The translations under genes were made by a program, and so were the position numbers. Positions 1 through 9,581 of a stretch of DNA of 64,000 nucleotides are shown one piece after another. The first letter of the stretch is position 1, and each line of letters begins with the position of its first letter. The notes below the pieces were generated by a model. It searched no databases and was not told the origin of the DNA. It worked only from the letters and a program-made list of their open reading frames with translations. This DNA comes from a virus (Duplodnaviria > Caudoviricetes), in IMG/VR virus record IMGVR_UViG_2636416124_000002, positions 18,123 to 82,122 of that record, one strand, 5' to 3'.

Positions 1-1416
1 GCCGAGCTGCTCCGCCAGACCGCGACCGCAGCTGGCGGTGAGGCCTGGACCGCGGAGCACTTCCCGGAGGGAACGATCGTCCGCCCGGCGGCGAACACGC
101 ACAGCCTTTTCCGCCTCGCCGCCCACGGGAACCGTGCGGCTGGCACTCCGTGCGTCACCCCGCAGGTCGGCACGCACATTGCCCTGCTGCACCCCAAGGT
201 TGGTTTCGCCCTGGCCGCCTGGCTGGAGTCGGCGGCCGAGCGGTTGGGCGGCACGGAGGCGCCTCTCGCCGCGCTGCTCGACCCGTCCGCCCTGGCGGTG
301 GCCCGGCAGCTCCTCGGCACCAGCACGGGCGAGGACACGGGCGCCGACGCCCAGACCGTCAGCTACTGGCAGCAGAAGCTCAGCGCTGTCACCGACGGCC
401 GTGACCACCTGAAGCGGGAGAACGACCGGCTCCGGAGGGAACTGGCCCAGTCGGAACGCATCCGGGAGAACGCCGACTTCCACCTCGGGCAGGAGATGGC
501 CCGCCGCCAGCTCGCCGAGAAGGCGACCGCCGTCCCGCCCGCGCCTGCCGACCGGGCCGCCCACTACCGCGACGCCGCCGACCACATCGACCACCTTCGC
601 GCCACCATGGGCGCGCCCACCGTCCGGGACTGCTTCGCGAACGGGCTGGGTCACGCAGCCGCAGACCTCCGTCGCCTGGCCGACGCTGCCGCCGGGGTGC
701 AGCCGCCCACCACGACCGAGGCGGACGACATGCGCGCCCGGTTCGAGGCGCTGGCCGCCGAGTGGGAGAAGCGCGGCGAGTACGGCGACTCCTGTTTCCT
801 CTGGGGCGCACGGGGGATCCGGGCCGTCCTCGCCGCCGAGGCGCAGTCCGCTCGCCGTCGTCTCACCCCGGCCGAGCACGACCGGGCCTGGCACGCCATC
901 GAGGGCTCCGCCGGGGAGGAGGGGGCCGACCCGGGCACGGTCCTCAACGCCGTGTTGCACGCCCTCCGCATTGACCCGCCCACTGCCGCCGAGGAGCAGG
1001 CCGCCAGCCCCCGCAACCGTCTGGCCGGTGAGGCTGCCGCCGGGGCACACCAGACCGAACAGGCGGATACCGTGCTCGCCGCCGCGATCCCCGAGTGGGA
1101 AGCCGTGTACGAGCCGGGCAACGTGTCCGACTACCTCATCGGCTACGCCAACAGCGAGGCCGCCGCGAAGGGCGCAGCGATCGCCTGGGTCCTCTCCCAG
1201 TCGGACAAGAACGCCGACCGCCTGGAGTGGGTGCCGCAGAACTGGAACGACCGCCACGACGCGTGGTTCGACCTGATCGAGCGGCACGACGACGGGATCG
1301 ACACCGGGGTCGGCGTCACCGTCCGGCACCGGCTCCACCCGTACACCGCCGCCGACTTCACACCCGAGGACGACGCCACCCCCGCTGTCCCTGCCGCACC
1401 CGAGGAGACCCGGTGA
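1..1416 (+). CDS. Phage hypothetical protein, 5'-truncated by the window, with a coiled-coil segment
   Basis: Frame 1 is open from base 1 (AELLRQTATA...) into the 244..1416 ORF; high GC3; stop overlaps the next GTG. Confidence 0.75.
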   Translation, partial: AELLRQTATAAGGEAWTAEHFPEGTIVRPAANTHSLFRLAAHGNRAAGTPCVTPQVGTHIALLHPKVGFALAAWLESAAERLGGTEAPLAALLDPSALAVARQLLGTSTGEDTGADAQTVSYWQQKLSAVTDGRDHLKRENDRLRRELAQSERIRENADFHLGQEMARRQLAEKATAVPPAPADRAAHYRDAADHIDHLRATMGAPTVRDCFANGLGHAAADLRRLADAAAGVQPPTTTEADDMRARFEALAAEWEKRGEYGDSCFLWGARGIRAVLAAEAQSARRRLTPAEHDRAWHAIEGSAGEEGADPGTVLNAVLHALRIDPPTAAEEQAASPRNRLAGEAAAGAHQTEQADTVLAAAIPEWEAVYEPGNVSDYLIGYANSEAAAKGAAIAWVLSQSDKNADRLEWVPQNWNDRHDAWFDLIERHDDGIDTGVGVTVRHRLHPYTAADFTPEDDATPAVPAAPEETR

Positions 1417-1675
1417 CCGCCCGGCCCCTGCTCTGCACCAAGTGCGGCGAACCCGTCGGTGTCGTCGAGGAGGTCGTCTGCCGGATCGTCTGGGACGAGG
1501 CGGTCATCGACGCCGACGGCACTGTCCGCCCCGCCGAGCAGCACATGGAGTTCTGGAAGGGCGACCCGCACCGCACGCTCGCCGTCTGCGACAACCCCAC
1601 CTGTCGTCATCGGTGGACGCTGCGCAGGACGTTCGAGCCCGAGGCGCCCAACACCCCGCCCCTGCTGCCGGGTGA
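1413..1675 (+). CDS. Small Cys-rich (CxxC...CxxxxC) protein, probable frameshift in the C-run near 1655
   Basis: VTARPLLCTKCGEP...VCDNPTCRHRW; GTGA overlap with the upstream stop; adding one C gives a stop at 1673-1675. Confidence 0.55.
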
Positions 1676-1701
1676 TCCCGGCCCACACCACGGAGACCCA
1701 C

Positions 1702-2081
1702 ATGACCACGCCCACCCGCATCCAGCGCCGCCGCACCAAGGGCTGGCGGCTCCCCGAGAACGCCGTCATCGTCAGCCGACCGTCCCGCTTCGGGAACCCG
1801 TTCCTGATCAAGGACGCCATCGAAGCCGAGATGGGCAACCCGCACAGCGCCTGCACCCAGCTGTACAGCGAGTGGCTGCGCGTCGGCACCGAAGGCGACT
1901 GGTACCAGGAGACCTACCAGGTCGGCCGCCAGGTCTTCGACCGCCGCCGCGTCCTCGACGAACTTCACCTGCTGCGCGGCAAGGACCTCGCGTGCACCTG
2001 CCCGCTCCCCGCTGAGGGCGAGCCGGACCACTGCCACGCCGCCGTCCTGCTGGCCCTCGCCAACGCCACCCCGCCGCCTGA
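1702..2081 (+). CDS. DUF4326-family protein
   Basis: RIQRRRTKGWRLPENAVIVSRPSRFGNPF...LRGKDLACTC...CHAAVLL is typical of the family; the stop is inferred after restoring one C near 2070. Confidence 0.8.
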
Positions 2082-2145
2082 CCCCTGTCTGCTGTGTGGC
2101 CGCCTGTGGTGGGGCGGCCACACCAACCCGGAAGGACCACCCGCC

Positions 2146-2340
2146 ATGGCCGACACCGCCGCCTTCACCTTCACCGCCGACCGAGGCCCCTGCATCGTCT
2201 ACGCCTCCAGCACCGGCGACGCCATCACCCTCGTCGACCACATGCCCGTCTCCGACGCCCGCGAGCGGGCCATCTGCCGGGCGCTCCTCGTCCACGCCCT
2301 GACCCTGCTCGACGACGACACCACCGAGGGGGCCCGGTGA
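2146..2340 (+). CDS. Hypothetical protein
   Basis: GAAGGA RBS before ATG; MADTAAFTFTADRGP... Confidence 0.65.
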   Translation: MADTAAFTFTADRGPCIVYASSTGDAITLVDHMPVSDARERAICRALLVHALTLLDDDTTEGAR

Positions 2341-2579
2341 CCACCCAGCCCGGGAAGCCCCCGCTCGCCGACCTCTTCGCCGCCGCCCTCCGCAAGCGCG
2401 ACGAGAACGGTGGCCGCCACCTCCACCACCGCGACTGCATCCACAACCTGCCCCCAGAACGGCAAGTCGCCATGCGCGGCAAGACCACCGAGTGGTGGAC
2501 CCGGATCATCGGCCCGCTCCCCGTGCAGATCACCCCCGATCAGTGGGAGACCGAACCACCGCAGTGGGAGGAAACGTGA
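2337..2579 (+). CDS. Hypothetical protein
   Basis: Coupled GTGA overlap; part of ORF 2094..2579. Confidence 0.65.
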   Translation: MTTQPGKPPLADLFAAALRKRDENGGRHLHHRDCIHNLPPERQVAMRGKTTEWWTRIIGPLPVQITPDQWETEPPQWEET

Positions 2580-2842
2580 CCCAGCCCCAGCGCGACGAGC
2601 GTCTCCATCACCTCCTCGACCGGCTGCTCCGCGGCGTACTCCTCCCCGAGGAAGCCGAGCAACTCGCCGGAGCCGTCCGGGTCCTCCAGGCCCGGGTCAA
2701 CGACCAGGACGGGGCCGCCAGCGTCGCTGTGAGCGCCGTCCGGCTCATGAACCAGGCCGGAGCCCAACGCGACCGCGCCGAGGCCCGTATCCGCGAGCTG
2801 GAGGCCCAGGTCGCCCGGCTCGCCCCCGGGACCACCCCGTGA
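2576..2842 (+). CDS. Hypothetical coiled-coil protein
   Basis: Coupled overlap; VTQPQRDERLHHLLDRLLRG... Confidence 0.7.
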   Translation: MTQPQRDERLHHLLDRLLRGVLLPEEAEQLAGAVRVLQARVNDQDGAASVAVSAVRLMNQAGAQRDRAEARIRELEAQVARLAPGTTP

Positions 2843-2985
2843 ACGGGCCCCCGCCCTGCGCCTACGGGCACCCCTGCCACTGGGACGACGAGGCGGGCGC
2901 CTGCCCCTGCGACGACGACGTCCCGCCCGAGGACGAGCCCGAACCCCGGCCCGTGGTCGACGTGCCCGTCGGCCACTACCTCTGA
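2839..2985 (+). CDS. Small Cys/His-rich protein
   Basis: Coupled overlap; CAYGHPCHWDDEAGACPC. Confidence 0.55.
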   Translation: MNGPPPCAYGHPCHWDDEAGACPCDDDVPPEDEPEPRPVVDVPVGHYL

Positions 2986-2998
2986 CCCAAGGAGCCCC

Positions 2999-3178
2999 AT
3001 GACCCGCCGCGAACCCACCATCCACAACCCGGCCCTTACCGTCACCTGCCCGCACTGCCGGTGCGTCCCCGGCGCCCCCTGCCTCGACAAGCGCGGTAGC
3101 CGGCTCAAGGAAGGCCGGGTCCACCGTCGGCGGACCACCGAGTACAACCGGCGGAACACCGCCAAAACCACCCGATGA
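2999..3178 (+). CDS. Small zinc-finger protein
   Basis: AAGGAG RBS; VTCPHCRCVPGAPC...RVHRRR. Confidence 0.65.
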   Translation: MTRREPTIHNPALTVTCPHCRCVPGAPCLDKRGSRLKEGRVHRRRTTEYNRRNTAKTTR

Positions 3179-3339
3179 CAGGCCCATCCACCACACCCCG
3201 GGGCGAGCACGCCGGCCGCCCCGGGGCCGGGTGGGAAACCGTCCTCCAGCCCGGCGCCGAACAGCACATCCCCGACGACCAACCCCAGCCGCGCGCCAAC
3301 CGGGCCGCGCGCCGAGCAGCACGGAAGAGGAACCGATGA
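3175..3339 (+). CDS. Hypothetical protein
   Basis: ATGA overlaps at both ends; ...QPRANRAARRAARKRNR. Confidence 0.55.
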   Translation: MTGPSTTPRGEHAGRPGAGWETVLQPGAEQHIPDDQPQPRANRAARRAARKRNR

Positions 3340-3728
3340 GCAGCAAGAAGAACGGGCGCCGCACCAGCGGCGACCCCCGCAAGTCCGGTGGCGACATTGC
3401 TGGCCCTGGAGGCCCACAAGACCGTCACGGCGTCATCCTCGACGACCGCAACGCCGTCCTCCTCGACCACTCCACCGTCACCCTCGTCGAAACCCGGAGC
3501 GGCGGACCCGTCCCCGCCATGCTCCTCGAAGGGCGCATCAACAAGAGCCCGGACCGGGCCCGGAACCTGTACCTGATGAACGAGGACGGGGCAGCCGCGA
3601 TCGTCACCGAACTGATGGCCCTGGCCAACCGGATCAGCCCCGAGTTCGGGGACCGGTTCACCGCCCGCATTCAGCACCTCATCGACACCGGATCGTTCGG
3701 CCACGGCCAGCAGGGAGACCTCACATGA
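3336..3728 (+). CDS. Hypothetical phage protein
   Basis: Coupled start; MSSKKNGRRTSGDPRK... Confidence 0.7.
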   Translation: MSSKKNGRRTSGDPRKSGGDIAGPGGPQDRHGVILDDRNAVLLDHSTVTLVETRSGGPVPAMLLEGRINKSPDRARNLYLMNEDGAAAIVTELMALANRISPEFGDRFTARIQHLIDTGSFGHGQQGDLT

Positions 3729-3955
3729 GCCAGCCCAGGCGCTTTCACCTCCAGCGCAACTTCGACGTGACCGGGGCGTCCGGCACTGGCCGAGTGGCCG
3801 ACGGCGTTCTCTGGCCGGACGGGACGGCCACACTGCGGTGGCGGGGTGAGCGGGCATCGACAGTCAACTGGGACCGCATCGAGGACGCAGAAGCCGTCCA
3901 CGGGCACGGAGGGCACACCGTCATCGTCTGGGACGACCCCGAGGAGTGTCCGTGA
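3725..3955 (+). CDS. Actinophage-type hypothetical protein
   Basis: FHLQRNFDVTGASGTGRVADGVLWPDG...HGHGG resembles a recurrent actinophage small protein. Confidence 0.75.
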   Translation: MSQPRRFHLQRNFDVTGASGTGRVADGVLWPDGTATLRWRGERASTVNWDRIEDAEAVHGHGGHTVIVWDDPEECP

Positions 3956-4155
3956 TCCCCCGTCTCGCTGGTCGTCTCGCGACCGCCCTCACCCGGTACG
4001 CCCACCAGCACGGGGCTTACCACTACCTGTCCACTGGCTGCTTGCACGGGGAGCACGAGTACTGCCAAGGGAACACCGGGAAGGCGGGGGCGAAGAAGCC
4101 CGCCGAGTGCAAGTTCTGCCAATCGCACTGCCAGTGCGGTTGCCACCACAACTGA
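3952..4155 (+). CDS. Cys/His-rich metal-binding protein
   Basis: YLSTGCLHGEHEYC...CKFCQSHCQCGCH. Confidence 0.7.
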   Translation: MIPRLAGRLATALTRYAHQHGAYHYLSTGCLHGEHEYCQGNTGKAGAKKPAECKFCQSHCQCGCHHN

Positions 4156-4213
4156 CCCCGGACACACCGCGGCCCCCACCGGTTGGTGGGGGCCGCGGTG
4201 TGTCCGGGGTCAG
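4152..4213. terminator. Bidirectional terminator hairpin
   Basis: Perfect 29-bp stem (4152-4180 with 4185-4213, loop GGTT) between convergent genes. Confidence 0.85.
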
Positions 4214-4596
4214 CGGCGGCCGTCGCGAATCTGGTAAATCCGTGACCGTGACAGGTCGGCGTGGGTGGCGATGGCCGTCACCGAGATCCGAGCCGCGACG
4301 GCCTGACGGATGAGCTGGTCTCGTCGCTGCTCGCCCTCACTGATGGCGTGCGCCACGTTGGAGATCTCGTCGAGGAGATTACCCTCGGCGGTGGGGCCGG
4401 GGTGGGCTCCGGGCAGCTCGCTGTTGACCTGGTCTGCGAGTACCTGCCAGGACTCTTCGGTGGGGGTGCCGTCGTCGTCGGTGTCGAAGTCGAGGCCTTC
4501 GAAGTCTTCGAGGGCGACGGGCGCGTAGTCGTCGCCGCGGTTGATGGTGCCGCCGTTGGCCCAGAGGTTCTTGATCTGCTCCACGGTGACCTGCAT
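4210..4596 (-). CDS. Protein with C-terminal HTH (putative small regulator)
   Basis: GGAG RBS; C-terminus RDQLIRQAVAARISVTAIATHADLSRSRIYQI. Confidence 0.75.
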   Translation of the reverse strand: MQVTVEQIKNLWANGGTINRGDDYAPVALEDFEGLDFDTDDDGTPTEESWQVLADQVNSELPGAHPGPTAEGNLLDEISNVAHAISEGEQRRDQLIRQAVAARISVTAIATHADLSRSRIYQIRDGRR

Positions 4597-4619
4597 AACG
4601 CTCCCCTCCGCCGCCACCC

Positions 4620-4680
4620 TGTGTAGCGCGCTACACAAAGACTCCTCCATGACGGGGTGACTGTCAAGCACGCTACACAG
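4620..4680. promoter_or_regulatory. Palindromic operator TGTGTAGCGCGCTACACA plus a second half-site
   Basis: Perfect 18-bp palindrome at 4620-4637 and CGCTACACA repeated at 4671-4679, upstream of the HTH gene. Confidence 0.65.
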
Positions 4681-4815
4681 TTCAGATCGCCGACCTCTAT
4701 CCCGCAGGCGGCTATGGGCAGGACCATGGCCCGGCCGCCTGAGGCGCCCCGCCGGCTGTGTCCCAGTCCGTCGTCACCTCCGTACCCGGGCAACAAGGGG
4801 CATAGAGCGTGGGGA

Positions 4816-5955
4816 TCAGAACTTCATGGATGGGTGACACCTAGGGCACGGCACCGCCGCAGGCAGCCCATCCCAGCCAGTCTCGTCCCGCCGACGGGTG
4901 ACCTCGTCACACTCGGGGTCCCCGCAGTGCTTCCACTTCTCCCACCCTGTCGGCCGCGCCCCAGTGGCAGCCTCCTCCAGGCGCCGCCACGAGTCCTGAT
5001 ACGGCCTGTGCGGGCCCGAACGCCCGGCAAGCTGCATCCACCCGTCCACGACCGCATCCGTGCCCTGCAGGGGCCTCCTGGCCGCCTCGCGGAAGGCTGC
5101 CGGGTCCGGGAGTTCATCCACGGCCAGCCGGTGCACGTACACCGCCGCAGCAGAGTTCACCGCCGCACCCCCGAGGTCGAGGTACGTCTTCAAGTCCTGC
5201 TCCATCCAGCCGGCGTCCAGGGCGGCAGCGACCAGAGCGACCAGCCGCCCCCGCTGCTTCGACCCCGGTGGACGGCCCCGGAAGTCCAGGGCGGCCACGA
5301 AGGGCTCGGCCAGCGGGTGAAGCTCGCCCGAAGGGGGAGCCACCGCTGCCCCATGCCCGGCGGAAGGCCCAGTCGTGGCTGTCCCTTCGAAGAAGGAATC
5401 GCCACCGCCTCCGCCCTCGGCTGCCGACTCCCGGGCCGCAGGGGAGGACTCCGCCGCGGGGGAGGAGGTGTTAGAGGGGGTCTTGAAAGAGGAGATAGGA
5501 GGAGTAGGGGTCACCTGAGAGATGACCCTTTCCTCACCTGTCAGGTGACCCTTTCGCTCAAGAGGGTCACCTGAGGAGTGATCCTTCTCGCGGCCGCCTT
5601 CTGAAAGGGTCACCTCCGGGGTGACCCTCTCCGGCCGGGTGCAGTGCCCCCTCCAACCGTCATGCGGAGACTCCGGGCATAGCTGTGCAAGCCTGTACAC
5701 CGCAACCTGGCCGACACGCCCCTGCGCGTGCTGAACCAGCACACCCTTCTTCAGCAGCTTGCTGATCGAGTTCTTCCAGCCCGCCGCCGACTTGTTCGCC
5801 CGATGCAGCATGTACTCCTCATGCACCGGACCCCACGTCAGCCGACTCCCATCGTTCGCGTTCTCCGCGAGCAGCAGAAGGTCGCTCCGCTCGCCCGCGG
5901 TCAACCCGGCGTCCTGCCAGTGATCCAACACCTCGACGATCAAACGCACGCCCAC
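4816..5955 (-). CDS. Replication initiator-like protein (N-terminal wHTH)
   Basis: MGVRLIVEVLDH...LLLLAENAND N-terminus typical of actinophage HTH rep proteins; iteron block in the middle of the gene; C-terminal HCGDPECDE...CPRCH. Confidence 0.75.
   Translation of the reverse strand: MGVRLIVEVLDHWQDAGLTAGERSDLLLLAENANDGSRLTWGPVHEEYMLHRANKSAAGWKNSISKLLKKGVLVQHAQGRVGQVAVYRLAQLCPESPHDGWRGHCTRPERVTPEVTLSEGGREKDHSSGDPLERKGHLTGEERVISQVTPTPPISSFKTPSNTSSPAAESSPAARESAAEGGGGGDSFFEGTATTGPSAGHGAAVAPPSGELHPLAEPFVAALDFRGRPPGSKQRGRLVALVAAALDAGWMEQDLKTYLDLGGAAVNSAAAVYVHRLAVDELPDPAAFREAARRPLQGTDAVVDGWMQLAGRSGPHRPYQDSWRRLEEAATGARPTGWEKWKHCGDPECDEVTRRRDETGWDGLPAAVPCPRCHPSMKF
5508..5627. repeat. Iteron array, probable origin of replication
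   Basis: Four 21-bp units GGGTCAC-N7-GTGACCC (some degenerate) at 5508, 5531, 5564 and 5607. Confidence 0.75.
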
Positions 5956-6099
5956 AGCCGGCCCCCTCTCGCCAGGCCCGGCACGGCAACGGACAGCACA
6001 AACACAGCACTCCTACGGGGATAGCTCGGGACTCGCCCGCCGATCTGGAAACGGCCGGGCAGCAGACGCCGCCCGGCCGTGAGAAACCGCAGGGGCTGA

Positions 6100-6525
6100 T
6101 CAGCCCATCTGGCGGCGAAGGACCCGCAGGGTGTCCACGAACGCCTGCATCTGCGCGATGAGGATGTCGGCGCCATCCTTGTCGACCTCGACGTCCGACT
6201 CCCCGCCCAGGTACATGACGAACGTGTCCTCATCCGGACTGCGGTCGATCTTGAGGAGTTGGGCCTTGATGAGCGCGTCAGACGAGTCGCCGTCGAGCGG
6301 ATCGGGGTTTGCCACACTGTGCTCCGCCGACAGGTGGATCGTCATGCCCAGGGTGGCGCACGCCGACGCCAAGTGCTTCTCACGGCACCAGGCGGCACAG
6401 GGGGTGGGATGTGACACCGGAGCCGGCGGCTGCGGAGGAACCGGAGCCGACAGGACCGGGGCGGGAGCGGGCGCAGTGGCCCCACCGGCAGCCACCGCAG
6501 AGTTTTCGATATCGGATACCATCAC
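6100..6525 (-). CDS. DUF6907-like protein
   Basis: PCAAWC...H motif after a Pro/Ala linker. Confidence 0.55.
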   Translation of the reverse strand: MMVSDIENSAVAAGGATAPAPAPVLSAPVPPQPPAPVSHPTPCAAWCREKHLASACATLGMTIHLSAEHSVANPDPLDGDSSDALIKAQLLKIDRSPDEDTFVMYLGGESDVEVDKDGADILIAQMQAFVDTLRVLRRQMG

Positions 6526-7086
6526 GACGAGACCTTCTTCCTGGACGAAGCGGGTTGAAGACCAGACGGATGGTGCCGCTGGTCACAGGCCGGGCGGACC
6601 CAAACCGCCCGGCCTTTTAGCGCCCCCGGGGTGGTGAGCCCCAGGGCCCTGCAGCGTCGGCTGGTGAGGCCGACGACGTGGGAAGAACCTAGATCAGGCC
6701 ACAGGGGGCCTACACAACATTCAGACCCCTGAAAGTGCGCCTCGACTATCAACGTTGATAGAACAACGAAGAGTCGAAACCGCAGGTCAGTACAGTCTTA
6801 ATAGACAAACGCGGCCCCCTGACCACCAGGTTTCCCGATAACGGGAAACCCCCTCCGTTGTGTAACTGGATTTCGGTATGTACCTTCACCGGCCCGCCAA
6901 ACCTGGCCGAAACGCGACCGTGGCTGCAGTCACCCCACGAACCTAGCCTCCCGTCAGAACCGGCCATCGAAAACCGGCGACGCTTCTAACTTGATCAAGA
7001 GGGGGCTGCGGTGACATATTCTCAATTTCGGGCAAATCGCAGGTCGCTGACCTGGGACATGTACCTGAGGTATATCCATGTAGCGC

Positions 7087-7722
7087 TCACGTACAGCCGA
7101 AAGACGTGTCCTGAATTCGATCATGGCGGCGGGTCCTGGAGTGCGCCGCGTCGCACTCAACCCGCAGGACTCTCGTGAACCAGGGGTCGGTGCGCACTCC
7201 GGAAACGGCGGGCACATCGGAGGGCGGGGCGCTCCCGCCCGGCGTCGGGGCCTTGAAGTGGTGGCCCCACTTCGCGAGTCGCCCTTCCTCGGCCAGCTTC
7301 GCCAGGGCCGCCCGGGATGTAGAGGACGATGCGTTGAACTCGCGGCCGACGTCGGACCCGTACAGGGGAGTGCCAGGTGCGTACCCTCCACGCTCAAGTG
7401 TGGCTTCGATTCCGGCGCGCACCCGGCGCTGGTCTTCGGCGTCGTCGTACTTGTGGGCCTTGCCGGGCCAGCCTCGCCCGAGGTGGTGGTACCCGTTGTA
7501 GAGCGGGCGCTCGCTGGTGATGGCGTCGTTCTCCGCGGTGAGTGCGGACTCCCGGTCGTCCAGCCACTGGACGTCCTTCCGTGTGACGTGGTGCCACCAG
7601 TTCTTGTCGCCAGCGTGCTCGATGAACCGGGTCTTCGGGAACGCGCTGATCCCGATGTAGAGCAGCTGGTCGTCGGCGTCGTAGAGGCGGTAGAGCGCAG
7701 TGCGCTCGGGCGGTGCGGGCAT
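7087..7722 (-). CDS. GIY-YIG nuclease domain fused to a GntR-like wHTH
   Basis: TALYRLYDADDQLLYIGIS...RFIEH...E...ERPLYN, followed by ATLERGGYAPGTPL...SRAALAKLAEEG. Confidence 0.8.
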   Translation of the reverse strand: MPAPPERTALYRLYDADDQLLYIGISAFPKTRFIEHAGDKNWWHHVTRKDVQWLDDRESALTAENDAITSERPLYNGYHHLGRGWPGKAHKYDDAEDQRRVRAGIEATLERGGYAPGTPLYGSDVGREFNASSSTSRAALAKLAEEGRLAKWGHHFKAPTPGGSAPPSDVPAVSGVRTDPWFTRVLRVECDAAHSRTRRHDRIQDTSFGCT

Positions 7723-7857
7723 AGAGGTTCCCTCCGTTGCCGTGGGTGCGGCTACCAGAAGAACCGTATCGGTATTTGTGAATAGTCGCTAGCGACTCTG
7801 ATGAGAAGAACGAGAAAGCGCCCCAACTCGCGGGGGTTGGGGCGCCTGAAGTGCAGG

Positions 7858-8634
7858 TCAGAAGTCGTACCGCAGCGAGTAGAGGTGGCCCGCTTTCGCC
7901 ATGGTCGTCACCTCGATCACGCGGTCGCCCGTGCTGTGGACCACCCGAAACGTCCGGAGGATGGCTACCTGGCGCGGCAGCTGCAACGCCTCGTACTCCT
8001 CGTTCGTCGCTTCCTCGGCTGTCACGTGGTCCACGGTGCGCAGCGGTGGAAAACCGAGGCTGGCAAGTAGAGTCGGGCTCCCGCCCTTGATCTTCGCCTT
8101 GCCCTCCAGTGCGGTACCCGCCGCCAGCTCTAGCGGGTAGTACGAGTGCACGAGCTCGCACGGCTCGCCCTGGAGCGACAGGAGCTGCTTGCGCAGGACT
8201 GCTCTCCCCGTCGGTTCAAGGCCCATGGCTGCCCGGACGTCGGCCGGAGGGGTCGTCTCCGCTACTTCCAGGAGGCGGATGCTGGGGCGTCGGCCGTTCT
8301 TCTCGGCCTCGCTCAGCCATCGGTACGGCTGCCCAGCCTCGGAGGGCTTCGAATAGGCCGCTGGCGTCATGGTCTGGCGGCGCACCTCGAGCGCCTTGAC
8401 GGATGAGCCGGCTCGCCCTTCCAGCAGCCCCTCGGCTTTGAGCATTGAGACGGCCTTCTGGATGCTGGCGCTGGACGCCCCAAAGCGCTCCTTGAGCTGT
8501 CCGGTGCTAGGGATCGCTTCGCCAGCTGGTAGGTCGCCGACGAGGATCGCGCGACGGAGGTCGGTCGCGATGCGCTCGTGAAGGGGCCTGGGGTCTGCCG
8601 CGTCGCTGGGGGTGCGGTTCTTCGCTTCCGGCAT
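7858..8634 (-). CDS. GntR/HutC-family regulator (wHTH plus UTRA), TraR/KorA-like
   Basis: RPLHERIATDLRRAILVGDLPAGEAIPS...KAVSMLKAEGLL followed by a UTRA domain. Confidence 0.9.
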   Translation of the reverse strand: MPEAKNRTPSDAADPRPLHERIATDLRRAILVGDLPAGEAIPSTGQLKERFGASSASIQKAVSMLKAEGLLEGRAGSSVKALEVRRQTMTPAAYSKPSEAGQPYRWLSEAEKNGRRPSIRLLEVAETTPPADVRAAMGLEPTGRAVLRKQLLSLQGEPCELVHSYYPLELAAGTALEGKAKIKGGSPTLLASLGFPPLRTVDHVTAEEATNEEYEALQLPRQVAILRTFRVVHSTGDRVIEVTTMAKAGHLYSLRYDF

Positions 8635-8635
8635 C

Positions 8636-9180
8636 TCAGTGCACCTTCATTTCGTATCGGAGTCTCCGGAGTTTGGCGGGGGCCACCATCACGTCCGCCT
8701 GGACCGGTCGGCCCGCCTCGTCCAGCGAGAGGCGTTCGATGACCACGACCGGCTCGTGATCAGTGAGCTGGAGTTGCTGCTGCTCAGTCTGCGAGGAGGG
8801 GCGGGCTGTGACGTCTTCGATAACGCGCGTGGCGACGTGGCCCAGCTTGGCGAGCAAGGTGATCGCACCCCCCTTGATCTTTCGCGGCTCGGCGAGCGCG
8901 GTGCCCTTTGCGATGTCGCGCGGGTAGTACGTGTCTGCGAGCTCAACCGGCGCGTCATCGGAGTAGATCGTGCGCCCGCGAACGATCGCGGTCTCGCCGG
9001 CCGCCAGGCCGAAAGCGTTCGCCACGGTCGCGGGCGGAACCGTCTCGCCGGTGCGGGTGAGCTCCTGGCTCCCCTTCGTGGACTGGCGGTTGGCCTCTTC
9101 CGTCCAGGCGTCCGCCGCTCCTGGGGGCGGGGCTTGGTGTAGTCCGCCGACGTGCTGACCCACTCGTTTTCGCTGGCCAC
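8636..9180 (-). CDS. Stand-alone UTRA-domain protein (frameshift in G-run near 9125)
   Basis: MASENEWVSTSADYTKPRP joins PGAADAWTEEA...; paralogous to the C-half of the adjacent GntR (KIKGG motif); no HTH. Confidence 0.75.
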
Positions 9181-9341
9181 TGGCGTCTCCGTCTCCTTCT
9201 CCGTAGTACGAACCTAGCTGGTTATCACGATAAGCAGGCGTGCCGGGCATCCGGATGTCGCGAGAAGCTTGCTGCTTTTTAGAAATAGCAGTACGGTTGC
9301 GAAGTCAGCCCGACACCAACCTCGGATTGGAGGACTTCGCG

Positions 9342-9581
9342 ATGGCGCTTCCCCAAAAGCTGCCGACGCTGTCCGTCAAGGAAGCGGCCACCGCCCTGGA
9401 CGTACACCCGTCGACGATCTACCGCTGGGTGGACGAAGGCGAGCTCACCGCCGTCCGCTACGGCAAGAGCCCCAGCGAGGGCAGCAAGAAGAGGGGCGGC
9501 GAGATCCGCATCCCCGAGCACGTCATCGCCGACCGCATGCGTCGTGGCCCCGTCGCCGAGATCGTCGAGGCTGCGGCATGA
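9342..9581 (+). CDS. Excisionase/Cro-like HTH protein
   Basis: LSVKEAATALDVHPSTIYRWVDEGELTAVR...IRIP; divergent from the GntR pair; GGAGG RBS. Confidence 0.85.
   Translation: MALPQKLPTLSVKEAATALDVHPSTIYRWVDEGELTAVRYGKSPSEGSKKRGGEIRIPEHVIADRMRRGPVAEIVEAAA

Noticed and set aside
1459-2340. Apparent fusion of DUF4326 to a second domain
   Set aside because: Adding one C near 2070 gives a stop at 2079-2081, and a separate RBS and ATG exist at 2146; probably an assembly artefact.
6522-7080. Small ORFs in the AT-richer gap
   Set aside because: No RBS or codon-bias support; more likely a promoter region, and no specific motif could be defended.
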